Shown here in pieces: positions 10,632-20,352 of a stretch of DNA of 64,000 bases. The stretch is taken from the NCBI GenBank assembly GCA_019057795.1, contig JAHLWS010000075.1, positions 32,001 through 96,000 of the forward strand, written 5' to 3'. This DNA comes from Promethearchaeota archaeon (GTDB lineage Archaea > Asgardarchaeota > Lokiarchaeia > Sigyniarchaeales > SOKP01). The translations under genes were made by a program, and so were the position numbers. Numbering within the stretch: the stretch's first letter is position 1; each line of letters begins with the position of its first letter. The notes under the pieces were generated by a model that did no database searches, was not told the origin of the DNA, and worked only from the letters and a program-made list of their open reading frames with translations.

Positions 10632-11912
10632 TTATTTAGATTTTAGAGTGTTCATATCATCGTCGTCTACATGTATACGCTTTAGGTCTATATCAGAGTA
10701 TCCCGGCAAGATGTTGATGAATTGACGCATGGAGTTCTTAATATCCTTGCTGGAAGTAATATATCTACCAACTATTAAGATATCAGCTTTCATTTTTAAA
10801 GCATATTCAGCTGTAGCTGGTTCGATTCCTCCGGCAACTGCTACTAACACGCGATCTTTTCCAGATGCTAATTTTTTATCAGCATACAGTTCTTTTATTT
10901 TAGAAACGAATTGCCATTTTTGTTTTTGGGCGTCATCTGAACCTTCTATGGCGTTTTCTACATCTATCGCTCTATGAAGAATGACAACATCTGGTATTTG
11001 TTTCAATTGCTTTAATTTCTCGATGGGATCAACCACTTCCATTGTGTCAACGAACCCATAAATTCCAAGACGTCTTGCTTCTAATAGAAACTTATCAATT
11101 GATTTGGGAGAAGCCAAACCACTTGCTACTACGGCGTCGGCAGTAGCATCAAAAGCAAAATCCACCTCTAATTTGCCTACATCAAGCGTTTTTAAATCAG
11201 CGACAATGAATTTCTCCTGAGCTATCTCTCGTATCTTTATAATTGCCTCCATTCCATATTTCTTTAGAAACGGGGTTCCAATTTCTAAAATGATTCTATC
11301 GCTTTTTGGGAGTTGCTTAACAACTTTCAATTGATGTTCCATACTTGGCGCATCTAAAGCAACTTGTATATAGGGGGGTCTCCAAAGTCTTGGAACTTTT
11401 AATCCAGCAACAGGATGTTTCGCGCGATCCTTATCGTAGAAAATTTTCTCAATTGGAGGATAATTTTTTAAAGCCCTTTGAATAGCTAATTTTGTAGCAC
11501 CATAATTATACTGATATATTTTCCTATAATCTGTTGCTTCGGGATGAATAAAAACGCTCACAATTAAAAGCCATTCATCAAGTTTATTCATCGGAATGAG
11601 GTTTTCTTCGACAGCATCCGCTATTGCTTTAGCAACGGCGGCTTGAGCTGGCCCAAAAATTTTATTAGCATCTTCCATTTTTGAGATAGTTACTTTTGGA
11701 ATTACCAAACTAACAGGTTTAGTTATCAAATTCGGTCTAATACACGCTAGAAGCCCTCCATGACCTATTGAAGGGTTACTAAGGGCATTAGCAAAAGATA
11801 TTCCCACGGGTCCGTCTTTGGAGCCGATGATTAGATCGATATGAGCTAATGAGCTCCCAGAACCTAGAAGTGCCTCTCCTATAAAATAGTCAATTTTAGC
11901 CATATAAAACAA
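10632..11912 (-). CDS. fae-hps: Bifunctional formaldehyde-activating enzyme / 3-hexulose-6-phosphate synthase
   Basis: Fae part: GEALLG..AHIDLIIG and FGPAQAAVAKAIAD. HPS part: QVALD, VADLKTLDVG and VAGGI. Confidence 0.92.
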   Translation of the reverse strand: MFYMAKIDYFIGEALLGSGSSLAHIDLIIGSKDGPVGISFANALSNPSIGHGGLLACIRPNLITKPVSLVIPKVTISKMEDANKIFGPAQAAVAKAIADAVEENLIPMNKLDEWLLIVSVFIHPEATDYRKIYQYNYGATKLAIQRALKNYPPIEKIFYDKDRAKHPVAGLKVPRLWRPPYIQVALDAPSMEHQLKVVKQLPKSDRIILEIGTPFLKKYGMEAIIKIREIAQEKFIVADLKTLDVGKLEVDFAFDATADAVVASGLASPKSIDKFLLEARRLGIYGFVDTMEVVDPIEKLKQLKQIPDVVILHRAIDVENAIEGSDDAQKQKWQFVSKIKELYADKKLASGKDRVLVAVAGGIEPATAEYALKMKADILIVGRYITSSKDIKNSMRQFINILPGYSDIDLKRIHVDDDDMNTLKSK

Positions 11913-12148
11913 CGCAATTATTATCTATTTAAAATTCTATATTTTTTAGATATTATAATTTATTTCTTTACTACATTAAATTAGAGTTAATTCTCCATTA
12001 TTAAAATTATCTTTAATGAAATTGAAAAAAGTGAGAGAGTAGATAATTATAAATATTAATATTGTTATGTATTTTAAAGAAATCGGTTTTGTATTCCAAA
12101 ATAGGTTTATTGGTTACAGGAGTTATTAAAAGAATCATTTTAGCTTTT

Positions 12149-12967
12149 TCAAGTATTTTGGTTTTCGCCTTCCGTAGCTTCAATATCTGGTAGCGAGTCA
12201 GGAATTTCAAAGGAATTAATCAATTTTTCCATATCTCCTTCTTCACTTATTTTATCTTCGTGAATTATAGGCAATTTAATGCGTAAAGAGGGCATTTCAT
12301 CGTTATTACGGATAAAGAGCTCGATTCCTTGAATTACTCTGTCTTTAACAATTATTCGTGTAGAATAGTTTCGATCGTCAAATAATGTGAATCCATTGTT
12401 CAGTTTTCCAAGTTTCACTAAATTAGTTGAATATCGCTCCTCAATGAGCATAGCTTCTGGAACCTCTTCTTCGGAATAAATAATACCGCCAATAATTATA
12501 AAGATTCTCTTAAGATCTTCGGGTTTAGAACAGAGATTTATATTTTCCATAGCTCTACTTAATCTGTAGCTGTGAATAATCATTTCTTTCTTTGTACTTT
12601 GCATTCCTGAATCAGAAAAATCCTTTTTATCGATAGATTTTGCTCTTCCAGCTCCAATGGGTTTATTCATTACTTCTTGAAACTCAGGACCATCTTTAGA
12701 ATAAAAATTTAACGAATATACTCTGTAGAACAATCTTAATTGTTTACGGAACATTCCCGCTAAAATTCCTCCGAAAATTTGAAGCTTTAAAGAGCTATTA
12801 GGGCCATTGTAAGTCCAAATCCTTTTAGTATCGTGATCTATAAGCAAATAAACTTTACGACTATTAAGATCGTCCATTATAACTTTTCCAACAATTTCTC
12901 CTTCATCAACATCAACAGTCAAGAAATAAGGAAATTCGCGTAACTCAAGCGCCTCAAAAATTTGCAA
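12149..12967 (-). CDS. Single gelsolin-like domain plus an uncharacterised C-terminal domain (Asgard 1DGelX-like)
   Basis: DLNSRKVYLLID...IWTYNGPNSS resembles the gelsolin repeat core. Confidence 0.65.
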   Translation of the reverse strand: MQIFEALELREFPYFLTVDVDEGEIVGKVIMDDLNSRKVYLLIDHDTKRIWTYNGPNSSLKLQIFGGILAGMFRKQLRLFYRVYSLNFYSKDGPEFQEVMNKPIGAGRAKSIDKKDFSDSGMQSTKKEMIIHSYRLSRAMENINLCSKPEDLKRIFIIIGGIIYSEEEVPEAMLIEERYSTNLVKLGKLNNGFTLFDDRNYSTRIIVKDRVIQGIELFIRNNDEMPSLRIKLPIIHEDKISEEGDMEKLINSFEIPDSLPDIEATEGENQNT

Positions 12968-13133
12968 ATTTTAAACCCAATTTTTTTCTATATTTTTAAT
13001 AGGTACTGATCTTTAAAATAAATTTTATTTTTAATAAATTATTCTGAAAAATTCTAAAACCTCAAAAATCAATAAAATATTTAAATTTTAGGACATTCTT
13101 TTTAATAATTTCCTTTTGGTTAGTCTGATAATT

Positions 13134-13538
13134 ATGAGTTCAGAGAAAAGAGTATACAAGCTTAACATTTCTGGGGGAAGCGAAGGCCCAGGAAAGGGAT
13201 TATCTAAATTGATTGAGATCGATGAGAAGAAATTCCGTTTTGAAGGTATGAAGATCGGAGAGATAATTAAAGGGGGTCTAATTGGTTTTCCAAACTACGA
13301 GTTTCAAATCATGGGTGGCTCGGACGAAAGTGGTTTTCCTATGAGAAAAGACGTTCATGGCCCCGTAAAAAAGAGAATTTTAGTTTCAAAAAGAGCAATT
13401 GGTTATAAACCAAAGAGAAAAGGAGAAAAGCGAAGGAAGATGATCAGGGGTAACGAAATAAGTTATGATATGACGCTCCTAAATTTAATGGTTGTAAAAT
13501 ATGGAGAAACTGAACTCTTTAAAGTGAAAGAAGAATAA
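13134..13538 (+). CDS. rps6e: 30S ribosomal protein S6e
   Basis: GGSDESGFPMRKDVHG and GEKRRKMIRGN motifs. ATG at 13134 preferred over TTG at 13116. Confidence 0.95.
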   Translation: MSSEKRVYKLNISGGSEGPGKGLSKLIEIDEKKFRFEGMKIGEIIKGGLIGFPNYEFQIMGGSDESGFPMRKDVHGPVKKRILVSKRAIGYKPKRKGEKRRKMIRGNEISYDMTLLNLMVVKYGETELFKVKEE

Positions 13539-13570
13539 TAATCTAATTAACAGAGCGAGATGAAAATTCG

Positions 13571-13753
13571 ATGGTTAAAGTAAAGAAATGCTCTTTTTGC
13601 CAGGGAGATGTCTTAATAGGAAGAGGACACATGTACATTAAGAAAGATGGAACTATTCTAAATTTCTGTACACATAAATGTAGAATCGCTATGTTAGTGC
13701 AAAAAAGAAACCCCCGTAAAGTAAGATGGACGAAAGTTTATGGGAAAGAGTAA
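13571..13753 (+). CDS. rpl24e: 50S ribosomal protein L24e
   Basis: CSFC...G.G.MYIKKDG...FCTHKC...RNPRKVRWT. Confidence 0.95.
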   Translation: MVKVKKCSFCQGDVLIGRGHMYIKKDGTILNFCTHKCRIAMLVQKRNPRKVRWTKVYGKE

Positions 13754-13817
13754 AATTAAAAATATTACTTTTTTAACTCTAATTCTGAATAACTATATTT
13801 AAGATAATATTTTTAGC

Positions 13818-14018
13818 TTATTGTAGCCTTGGGAACTTTAATAGCTCCTCTATCAAGTCTACATGCGAGACAATCATTCTTTTACAACAGAACCTCTCAA
13901 TACCCAACTCTTTAAAAGCGTCTTCAGCGGTTTCTCCTTTTTCTATAAGTTCCAAATAAGGTTTATAGATATGGGCTACAAGTCGTCCACATGAAAAGCA
14001 TCTGATCGGTATAATCAT
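13818..14018 (-). CDS. rpoN: RNA polymerase subunit N (Rpo10)
   Basis: MIIPIRCFSCG...LGIERFCCKRM. Confidence 0.97.
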   Translation of the reverse strand: MIIPIRCFSCGRLVAHIYKPYLELIEKGETAEDAFKELGIERFCCKRMIVSHVDLIEELLKFPRLQ

Positions 14019-14213
14019 AATAGATAATTAAAAGTAGTATTCTAAAAAAATTTTACCATTATTGCATTCATATTCTAAAAATAACGATCTTATCCATGAT
14101 ATCTTATTTTTAGCGTAAATCCAAAATTTTATTTTAAATCCTATATTTAATATTACATTAAAAATCGATGATTTATGATAATATATTAAAAATATATATT
14201 GGAAAGAGAAAAA

Positions 14214-14585
14214 ATGAGTTATATAAAATTTAAAGTTCCTGACGCTTTAAAAAACGATATCAAGGATGTTTTATCCACGATCTCCGCTACTAGAGATTCA
14301 AAAATAAGAAAGGGAATGAACGAGGTCACTAAATCAATTGAAAGAAGTTTAGCGAAGCTTGTTATTATGGCGGAAGATGTAAGTCCACCTGAAATTTTGT
14401 TTCATGTGCCATTGCTCTGCGAAGAAAAATCTATTCCCTATTGCTATGTTGCAACAAAAAAAGAATTGGGAAACGCCGCTCGAATTAACATCTCGTCATC
14501 TGCTGTAGCAATTGAAACTATTGGAACTGGAAATGATAAAGCTTTAGAAGATATAATAAAAAAGTTAGAAGCATTAAAAAAATAA
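14214..14585 (+). CDS. rpl7ae: 50S ribosomal protein L7Ae
   Basis: KIRKGMNEVTKSIER and AEDVSPPEI..HVPLLCEEK motifs. ATG at 14214. Confidence 0.95.
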   Translation: MSYIKFKVPDALKNDIKDVLSTISATRDSKIRKGMNEVTKSIERSLAKLVIMAEDVSPPEILFHVPLLCEEKSIPYCYVATKKELGNAARINISSSAVAIETIGTGNDKALEDIIKKLEALKK

Positions 14586-14599
14586 TTCGGTGAAAGTCC

Positions 14600-14845
14600 T
14601 TGGTAAAGATTGAGAAAAGAAAAGGAAAAACTGCGTATGATGCCTCTATTCCTGCCGAGGTTCTTCAAATTGTTGGTAGAACTGGTTTAACCGGCGAGAT
14701 CAATCAAATTAAAGTTAGAATTCTCGAAGGGCCCGATAAAAATCGAATTCTCACGAGAAATGTTAAGGGGCCTGTACAAGTTGCCGATATTGTTGTTTTA
14801 AGGGAAGTTGAAAGAGAAGCACGAAAAATTCGTAAGCGAAGATAA
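14600..14845 (+). CDS. rps28e: 30S ribosomal protein S28e
   Basis: GRTGLTGE...RNVKGPV...EREAR. GGTG SD 7 nt before a TTG start. Confidence 0.95.
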   Translation: MVKIEKRKGKTAYDASIPAEVLQIVGRTGLTGEINQIKVRILEGPDKNRILTRNVKGPVQVADIVVLREVEREARKIRKRR

Positions 14846-14865
14846 TAATATTTATTTTGATTCTA

Positions 14866-15069
14866 CTAGTCAAAATATTTAAATCCTAATAATTTCAGAT
14901 TATCGTATTCGGTGTGCAAAAATTCTCGTATTGCAGTTCTTATTGCTTCTGATCTACTAGCTGTAATTTTCATTTTTATTAATTTTTGAATATTTTCATC
15001 GTAAATCTCAGGTATGTTGATAGTTATGTTTTGCATTTTTGGTTTCTTTTCTTTTTTATTGTTTGGCAA
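14866..15069 (-). CDS. Ribbon-helix-helix (CopG/Arc) DNA-binding protein
   Basis: NITINIPE...SRSEAIRTAIREFL. Confidence 0.85.
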   Translation of the reverse strand: MPNNKKEKKPKMQNITINIPEIYDENIQKLIKMKITASRSEAIRTAIREFLHTEYDNLKLLGFKYFD

Positions 15070-15335
15070 TTTAACTTAACCCAATCTTATTAATTTTTAA
15101 ATTCAAGTTCAAAAGGAGGTATTATTTTGAATTACAAATGCTATAGTATTCTTAGCCCTTAATAAATTCCAACTTTTTAATAATAAATTATAAGTTAAAC
15201 TTGTATATAAAATTATCTCTCCGATTATGAAGGTATTTAAAGAACTCTATATCAGATGTAAATAATTTTGATGTGTTTATCTTTATACTGAACAATTAAT
15301 GTTAACAATTTAAGGTAGTGTGAAAAAATTTTATA

Positions 15336-16010
15336 TTATTTTCTATCTTCCTTTTTAATGTAGCGACCTCTTGTTTCTATTGTAGTCATGTTTCTTATGA
15401 TTTCTTTGCTTTCATTTACTTTTGCTTCTCCATATTCTGTGCGATAACCGTCTAAAAAGGCATCAAAACAAATTTTATAATCAATACCATGAGAAGAGAG
15501 TAAAACTCTTTTAAAAAGATGGAGATCAACGCTTTTATCTTCAATAGAATCGGAGTAATTGTGGAGTCCAAAATCTATAATGAAAATTTCTTGAATTGGA
15601 GTAATAATGATATTGCTTGTGGTAATATCACCATGAATATGGCCATTTTTGTGTAAAATAGCTATATATTTACCGATCTCATTAAAAATTTGCTGTTTTT
15701 TATCGTCTTCTATTGATTTCATAAAATCTTTTAATTTTTCTCCTTTAATATACTTCATTACGATTGTAGAGTTCTCAGTGTCAATTTCGTAAACTTGAGG
15801 AACATTTACACCATAGTTTTTAACTTTTATCAGGGCTCTAGCCTCGTTAAGGGTTCGACTAACGCGTATTTTTTTATCGAGCTGCTCTATACGATAACTT
15901 TTAGGGCTACGGAGTTTAAATATAACTTCTTTACCAAACCAATGACCGTAGAAAAGACTTGCTTCAGCACCCTTGTGACTAAGTTTTTCTATAACAATCT
16001 CATTAATCAA
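15336..16010 (-). CDS. bud32: KEOPS kinase Bud32
   Basis: KGAEA, HGDITTSN, IDFGL and VDLHL motifs; adjacent to kae1. Confidence 0.95.
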   Translation of the reverse strand: MINEIVIEKLSHKGAEASLFYGHWFGKEVIFKLRSPKSYRIEQLDKKIRVSRTLNEARALIKVKNYGVNVPQVYEIDTENSTIVMKYIKGEKLKDFMKSIEDDKKQQIFNEIGKYIAILHKNGHIHGDITTSNIIITPIQEIFIIDFGLHNYSDSIEDKSVDLHLFKRVLLSSHGIDYKICFDAFLDGYRTEYGEAKVNESKEIIRNMTTIETRGRYIKKEDRK

Positions 16011-16023
16011 TCTCTTAAACCAC

Positions 16024-17040
16024 CTAATCTCTCCAAGGAATTATGATTTGATCCATGCGCTCTTTAGGGTTTATTTGCGTTTCTAAAACTGTATGACCCC
16101 CTTCAGCTTCATACCTTAGAAGGCCAGTCCATCCAATCATTGCGCCATTATCTCCCGCGTATTTTAAAGGAACAACTTCAAACCTCGCGCCATGTTCTGC
16201 ACTTATATATTTAATCATTTCTTGCAACCTTTTATTAGCAGCAACACCACCAGTTAATAAAACTTCTTTTTTTTCCGTGTGAGCTAAAGCCCTTTCGGTA
16301 ACTTCAGTTAACATAGCAAAAGCAGTTTCTTGCAACGAATAAGCAACATCGTTTAAATTATATTTCTTATTATAATCTTTGGACTCTAATAACCTCTTAG
16401 CGGCTGTATAGAGTCCTGAAAAAGATAAATCCATACCTTTCACAACGTAAGGCAAAGACAAATATTTATTTGATTTTAACGCTAATTTTTCGATTTTTGG
16501 GCCTCCAGGATGGGGTAATCCAACATCTCGAGCAAATGAATCTATTAAATTACCAATAGGAATATCGAGAGTCTCTCCAAAAATTTGATAACTTCCAGAC
16601 TCATATGCACTAACAATCGTATTCCCACCTGATACATATAAAGTTAGAGGATCCTCAATTTTACACATTAGTCGTCCAATCTCTATGTGAGCAATGCAGT
16701 GATTAACCGCTACAATTGGAATATCTAACAGTTGAGTCAACATTCTAGCAGCTTGGGCACCAATTTTTAATATAGGTCCTAAACCAGGGCTCTTACTAAA
16801 TGCGATTAAATCAATATCATGTATTGAAATACTTGCCTCTAATAACGCCTGGTTTATAATATTCATAAAATTATTAAGATGTTGCTCTTTTACTAATGCT
16901 GGATGAAGACCACCTTTTTCAGGAATATACATATCATTAACAAGACTAAATACAGTTCCATCAAAACCTATGATACCCACGCTCCAAGTGTGAGCCGTAG
17001 ATTCAATACCTAAAATTTTTTTTAATTTCATCAAAATCAC
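16024..17040 (-). CDS. kae1: tRNA t6A synthase Kae1
   Basis: LGIESTAHT, VNHCIAHIE, VSGGNT and GDNGAMI motifs. Confidence 0.97.
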   Translation of the reverse strand: MILMKLKKILGIESTAHTWSVGIIGFDGTVFSLVNDMYIPEKGGLHPALVKEQHLNNFMNIINQALLEASISIHDIDLIAFSKSPGLGPILKIGAQAARMLTQLLDIPIVAVNHCIAHIEIGRLMCKIEDPLTLYVSGGNTIVSAYESGSYQIFGETLDIPIGNLIDSFARDVGLPHPGGPKIEKLALKSNKYLSLPYVVKGMDLSFSGLYTAAKRLLESKDYNKKYNLNDVAYSLQETAFAMLTEVTERALAHTEKKEVLLTGGVAANKRLQEMIKYISAEHGARFEVVPLKYAGDNGAMIGWTGLLRYEAEGGHTVLETQINPKERMDQIIIPWRD

Positions 17041-17123
17041 CTAATAATATAAATATAGCAATGTTAATATGGTGTATTAAAAGGAGGTACTGAATAAGAT
17101 AGTTTGGAGTTTATTATTAGAGT

Positions 17124-17351
17124 TTAAGTTGACTTAGTGCGTTTTCGAGGGGTTCGGGTTCTACTATGTCTTGCAACTGTAGCAGCTCCCTTCTTACCTT
17201 TTCTTTTGAATATAGTGTATCCACACTTTCCGCACGACCATCTATCGTAGTGGTTCGCGAGAAATACCGAGGGGGCACACTTAGGACAGACTCTATGTGT
17301 CCTAACTAATTTACCATCTTCAATTTTATAAAATTTGGATGCGTTTGACAT
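17124..17351 (-). CDS. rps27ae: 30S ribosomal protein S27ae
   Basis: [23 protein letters not shown] zinc finger. Confidence 0.93.
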   Translation of the reverse strand: MSNASKFYKIEDGKLVRTHRVCPKCAPSVFLANHYDRWSCGKCGYTIFKRKGKKGAATVARHSRTRTPRKRTKST

Positions 17352-17388
17352 AAATTCTTCAATTTATTTTTTAATTAATTTAATAGTT

Positions 17389-17745
17389 TTATTCGTATTC
17401 AAATAAGTGTTTGTAAGGTTCTTTTCTTTTCTTTAATTTATAAATTTCTTCTCGCGTGTCTTTGGGCAAATTTCGCACTTGAATATGAAAAGGCTCATAG
17501 AATTGAAGTTCTTTAGAGTTCTTGTAAATATTTGCTACTCCTACATCGTATGAGCTACCGAAATGAGTTTTTATTTTACGAATTATTGTATATTTTTCGT
17601 TTGCGTTTTTCAACGCTGCAATTTTCTTCTTCACATCTAACCTATTAGGTGTACTGGCATTAAAATGATCGATTCTGAATTTTAATTCCGTTCGATCGAT
17701 TAACGGGTTTACTTTTTCTTCCAAAATTTCAATATTAAACGACAT
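17389..17745 (-). CDS. rps24e: 30S ribosomal protein S24e
   Basis: NPLIDRTE, TPNRLDVKKKIA and THFG motifs; upstream of rps27ae. Confidence 0.9.
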   Translation of the reverse strand: MSFNIEILEEKVNPLIDRTELKFRIDHFNASTPNRLDVKKKIAALKNANEKYTIIRKIKTHFGSSYDVGVANIYKNSKELQFYEPFHIQVRNLPKDTREEIYKLKKRKEPYKHLFEYE

Positions 17746-17841
17746 TTTGAACCTTTTTAATACTTTTTTTCTCAGATAATCAGTTAATTTAAAGATAATT
17801 CTGAGTTATAAAAAATTAAAGAAACAATAAAAAATAAAATT

Positions 17842-18078
17842 TTGGTTTTTTGTAAGAAAAATATGATAAAATCTAAAAATTACTTGTTGAAAACAAGAAT
17901 TATGATAATCTTTGAAGTGGCATTATTTATCATTTTGATGGTATTGTATTTGCTTCTAAAAAATGTAGTCGCCGGAATATACGTTAGCATCTTTGTTGGT
18001 TGCCTATTTTTGTGGGTATTATTGTTTATTTTAACTTTTAATCTCTATAATAAAGTAAAAAATATAAAAATGGAGTGA
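17842..18078 (+). CDS. Small two-TM membrane protein (start uncertain)
   Basis: Two hydrophobic segments; ends 6 nt before the next gene. Confidence 0.5.
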   Translation: MVFCKKNMIKSKNYLLKTRIMIIFEVALFIILMVLYLLLKNVVAGIYVSIFVGCLFLWVLLFILTFNLYNKVKNIKME

Positions 18079-18084
18079 TTTAAG

Positions 18085-18666
18085 ATGGATAAAAATTTAA
18101 AAATCCCTCCAACCGAAAGGCATAAGTTTTCTCAGCCTTTAGGTAAATTAATTGCAGGAACGCGAAAAGAAACAATCTCTGAAGTAGAAGAACATATAAG
18201 AAATTATAAAAAAGCTAATTTTGAAGTAAAATTATATTTAGTTGGAGATATCGTAACAAAGGATTTTCTCGCGAATGAATTTCTAAAATCTTTTGTTAAA
18301 GTTTGCATCATTGACGAAAAAACTCAAAGAAATCAAATTAAAATAAAGATTGAGGATTTCTTTGAAGAAATCATTGAATTTGAAAACCCTGAAGGAGGTA
18401 TTAAAAAAGAAAGTTTTATTCTTTTAGATGAGATTATAACATCTAATAAAAGAACATTATTTAAAGTTATTAAAGGCGAAGAAGATTTATTAGTCTTGCC
18501 GTTGGTTCTGAGCATCCCTCTTAACGAAACGATTAAAAGTTTAGTGTTTTACGGCCAACCACCCATAACGGATTCAAAGCGCCAGATTCCCGAAGGTATC
18601 GTTATGGTAGATGTTAAAAAAAGGATAAAAAAAATTGTAAAGAAATTCGTATCGTTAATGAATTAA
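18085..18666 (+). CDS. DUF359 GTP-dependent dephospho-CoA kinase
   Basis: VGDIVT, IIDEKTQR, ENPEGGI, GEEDLLVLP and YGQP motifs. Confidence 0.9.
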   Translation: MDKNLKIPPTERHKFSQPLGKLIAGTRKETISEVEEHIRNYKKANFEVKLYLVGDIVTKDFLANEFLKSFVKVCIIDEKTQRNQIKIKIEDFFEEIIEFENPEGGIKKESFILLDEIITSNKRTLFKVIKGEEDLLVLPLVLSIPLNETIKSLVFYGQPPITDSKRQIPEGIVMVDVKKRIKKIVKKFVSLMN

Positions 18667-18711
18667 TAAAAAAGATATAATACGACTTTATCATTGAGGA
18701 TAAGTACTTTA

Positions 18712-18900
18712 TTACCGTACTCTTAATGCATACTTCCCAGGAAAATGGATCTTTAAATATTCTGCGAATCTAGATCCCGAAGGATTAATAATTATGACTT
18801 CCCCGGTATAATCTTCGCTGAGACTATGGGTTTTGCATTTAGGGCAAATTTGCTCTTTTTTAGTAATTAAGTGGCAATTCTTACAAGCTTTTTCTTTCAA
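18712..18900 (-). CDS. spt4: Transcription elongation factor Spt4 (RpoE'')
   Basis: KACKNC...CPKC...G.VIIINP..S...PGKYALRVR. Confidence 0.95.
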   Translation of the reverse strand: MKEKACKNCHLITKKEQICPKCKTHSLSEDYTGEVIIINPSGSRFAEYLKIHFPGKYALRVR

Positions 18901-18931
18901 ATATATTTTCGCCTACTTTTTAATAATGAAA

Positions 18932-19534
18932 TTATTCTTCGCTGACTTCCTCTTCCAGTTGTTTCTTATTCTTTGCTTCTTTTTCAGCGTACTCTTCCGC
19001 GATATCCGCTTCAATCCATTCTTGTTTCCCTAAAAACTTTTGGCGCATCGTCAAACCTAGTTTGCCGCTCCGCCCAGTACCTAAAGAGACGGCAATTATT
19101 TTTGCCCTCACATCGTTGTTAACTTCAAGAATTTTTCCCGTTTCTTTACCAATAAATCGATTACCGACCTGTTCAAATGAGATATAATCATCGCATATCT
19201 GGGAGACGTGAACTAAGCCATCTAACGGTCCTAAACGTATGAATGAGCCAAAATCTACTAACTCAACAACCTCTCCCTCAACAACCTCTCCGAGTTTAGG
19301 TTTAAAAGTTAAAATGGAGAATTCTACTTTATGAAAGGTGCTAGCGTTTCCAGGAATAATGATACCAAGTCCTACATCAAGTACATCAACAATAGCAATA
19401 ATAAAACCGTAATCTCTCGTGATAATTCCTTCATATTCGTCACTAAGGATAATTCTTGCGCTTTCTTCTTTTTTTTTGCCAAAGAGAAAAGGAGGTATCT
19501 CAACTTTAGTAGCTAGTTGCACCAATTTAAAGAT
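18932..19534 (-). CDS. rpoE1: RNA polymerase subunit E' (Rpo7); start is TTG at 19525 or possibly ATC at 19534
   Basis: GEVVEGEV...FG.FIRLGPLDGLVHVSQI and LTMRQKFLGK motifs. Confidence 0.95.
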   Translation of the reverse strand: MFKLVQLATKVEIPPFLFGKKKEESARIILSDEYEGIITRDYGFIIAIVDVLDVGLGIIIPGNASTFHKVEFSILTFKPKLGEVVEGEVVELVDFGSFIRLGPLDGLVHVSQICDDYISFEQVGNRFIGKETGKILEVNNDVRAKIIAVSLGTGRSGKLGLTMRQKFLGKQEWIEADIAEEYAEKEAKNKKQLEEEVSEE

Positions 19535-19699
19535 TTCAGTACACCAGTTATTTTTGTTAATATTATTGTTAATAATAGTTAATATTGTTAAGACAAATTA
19601 AGCATAAAATTAATAATTTGTGATTTTTTCGTAATAACATATTAAGCTTAGGTGATTTTATATTTTGAAAAACTGTAAAATTAAGAAAATATCCTAATT

Positions 19700-20092
19700 T
19701 TATATTAATTGCGCTATTTTTTCGCAAGTTCTTCTACAATCTAATAAAATTAACCCGAGCCGAACCTCTTTAGTTGTAGAAACTGTTAATACCGCATTGG
19801 GACCAGCTTGCATTACTAAAAGATACCCGTTGGAACCTTTTATATACAACTGGTCGAAATCACCCTTTCCCATTTCGATAATCGCTCTTTCGGATAATGA
19901 TAGAAGGGCGGCTGTCATTGCGGCAATTCTCGTCTCGTCTATGCCTTGTGGAAGTGCAGAAGCGATCGGAAGGCCTTCAGCTGAGACTATGGCAGCAGAT
20001 TTTACTTCTGGAATTGCTCCAAGAAGTCTTTTGAGTATATCATCAAGACTATCGGGGGTATTGGGGTCCATTACTGACACTTTCTCCTTCAC
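19700..20092 (-). CDS. Roadblock/LC7 domain protein
   Basis: AAIVSAEGLPIASALP..DETRIAAMTAALLSL. Start may be the ATG at 20071. Confidence 0.93.
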   Translation of the reverse strand: MKEKVSVMDPNTPDSLDDILKRLLGAIPEVKSAAIVSAEGLPIASALPQGIDETRIAAMTAALLSLSERAIIEMGKGDFDQLYIKGSNGYLLVMQAGPNAVLTVSTTKEVRLGLILLDCRRTCEKIAQLI

Positions 20093-20352
20093 TAAATTTT
20101 TATTAGATAAATGTTATTTATTAGAATATTTATTTTAAATAGTCTATTTATTTTAAATAGATTGGTACTTTTTATTTTTATTTTTTATTCTGTTATATAA
20201 AAATCTACTCTATTATAGGTTTATTAAAGTTTATAATATGTAGATAAAGATATGTGCCTTGCTATAACTATTATCCAAAATTACCCTTATAATTTTATCG
20301 TTTCTAAAAAACAATTCTTATTTAGTGTTTTTTTATAAGCTTTATATGTTAC

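Noticed and set aside
19554-19592. Short GTTAATA iterations upstream of rpoE1
   Set aside because: They are irregularly spaced in very AT-rich DNA, are not a CRISPR array, and are plausibly chance.
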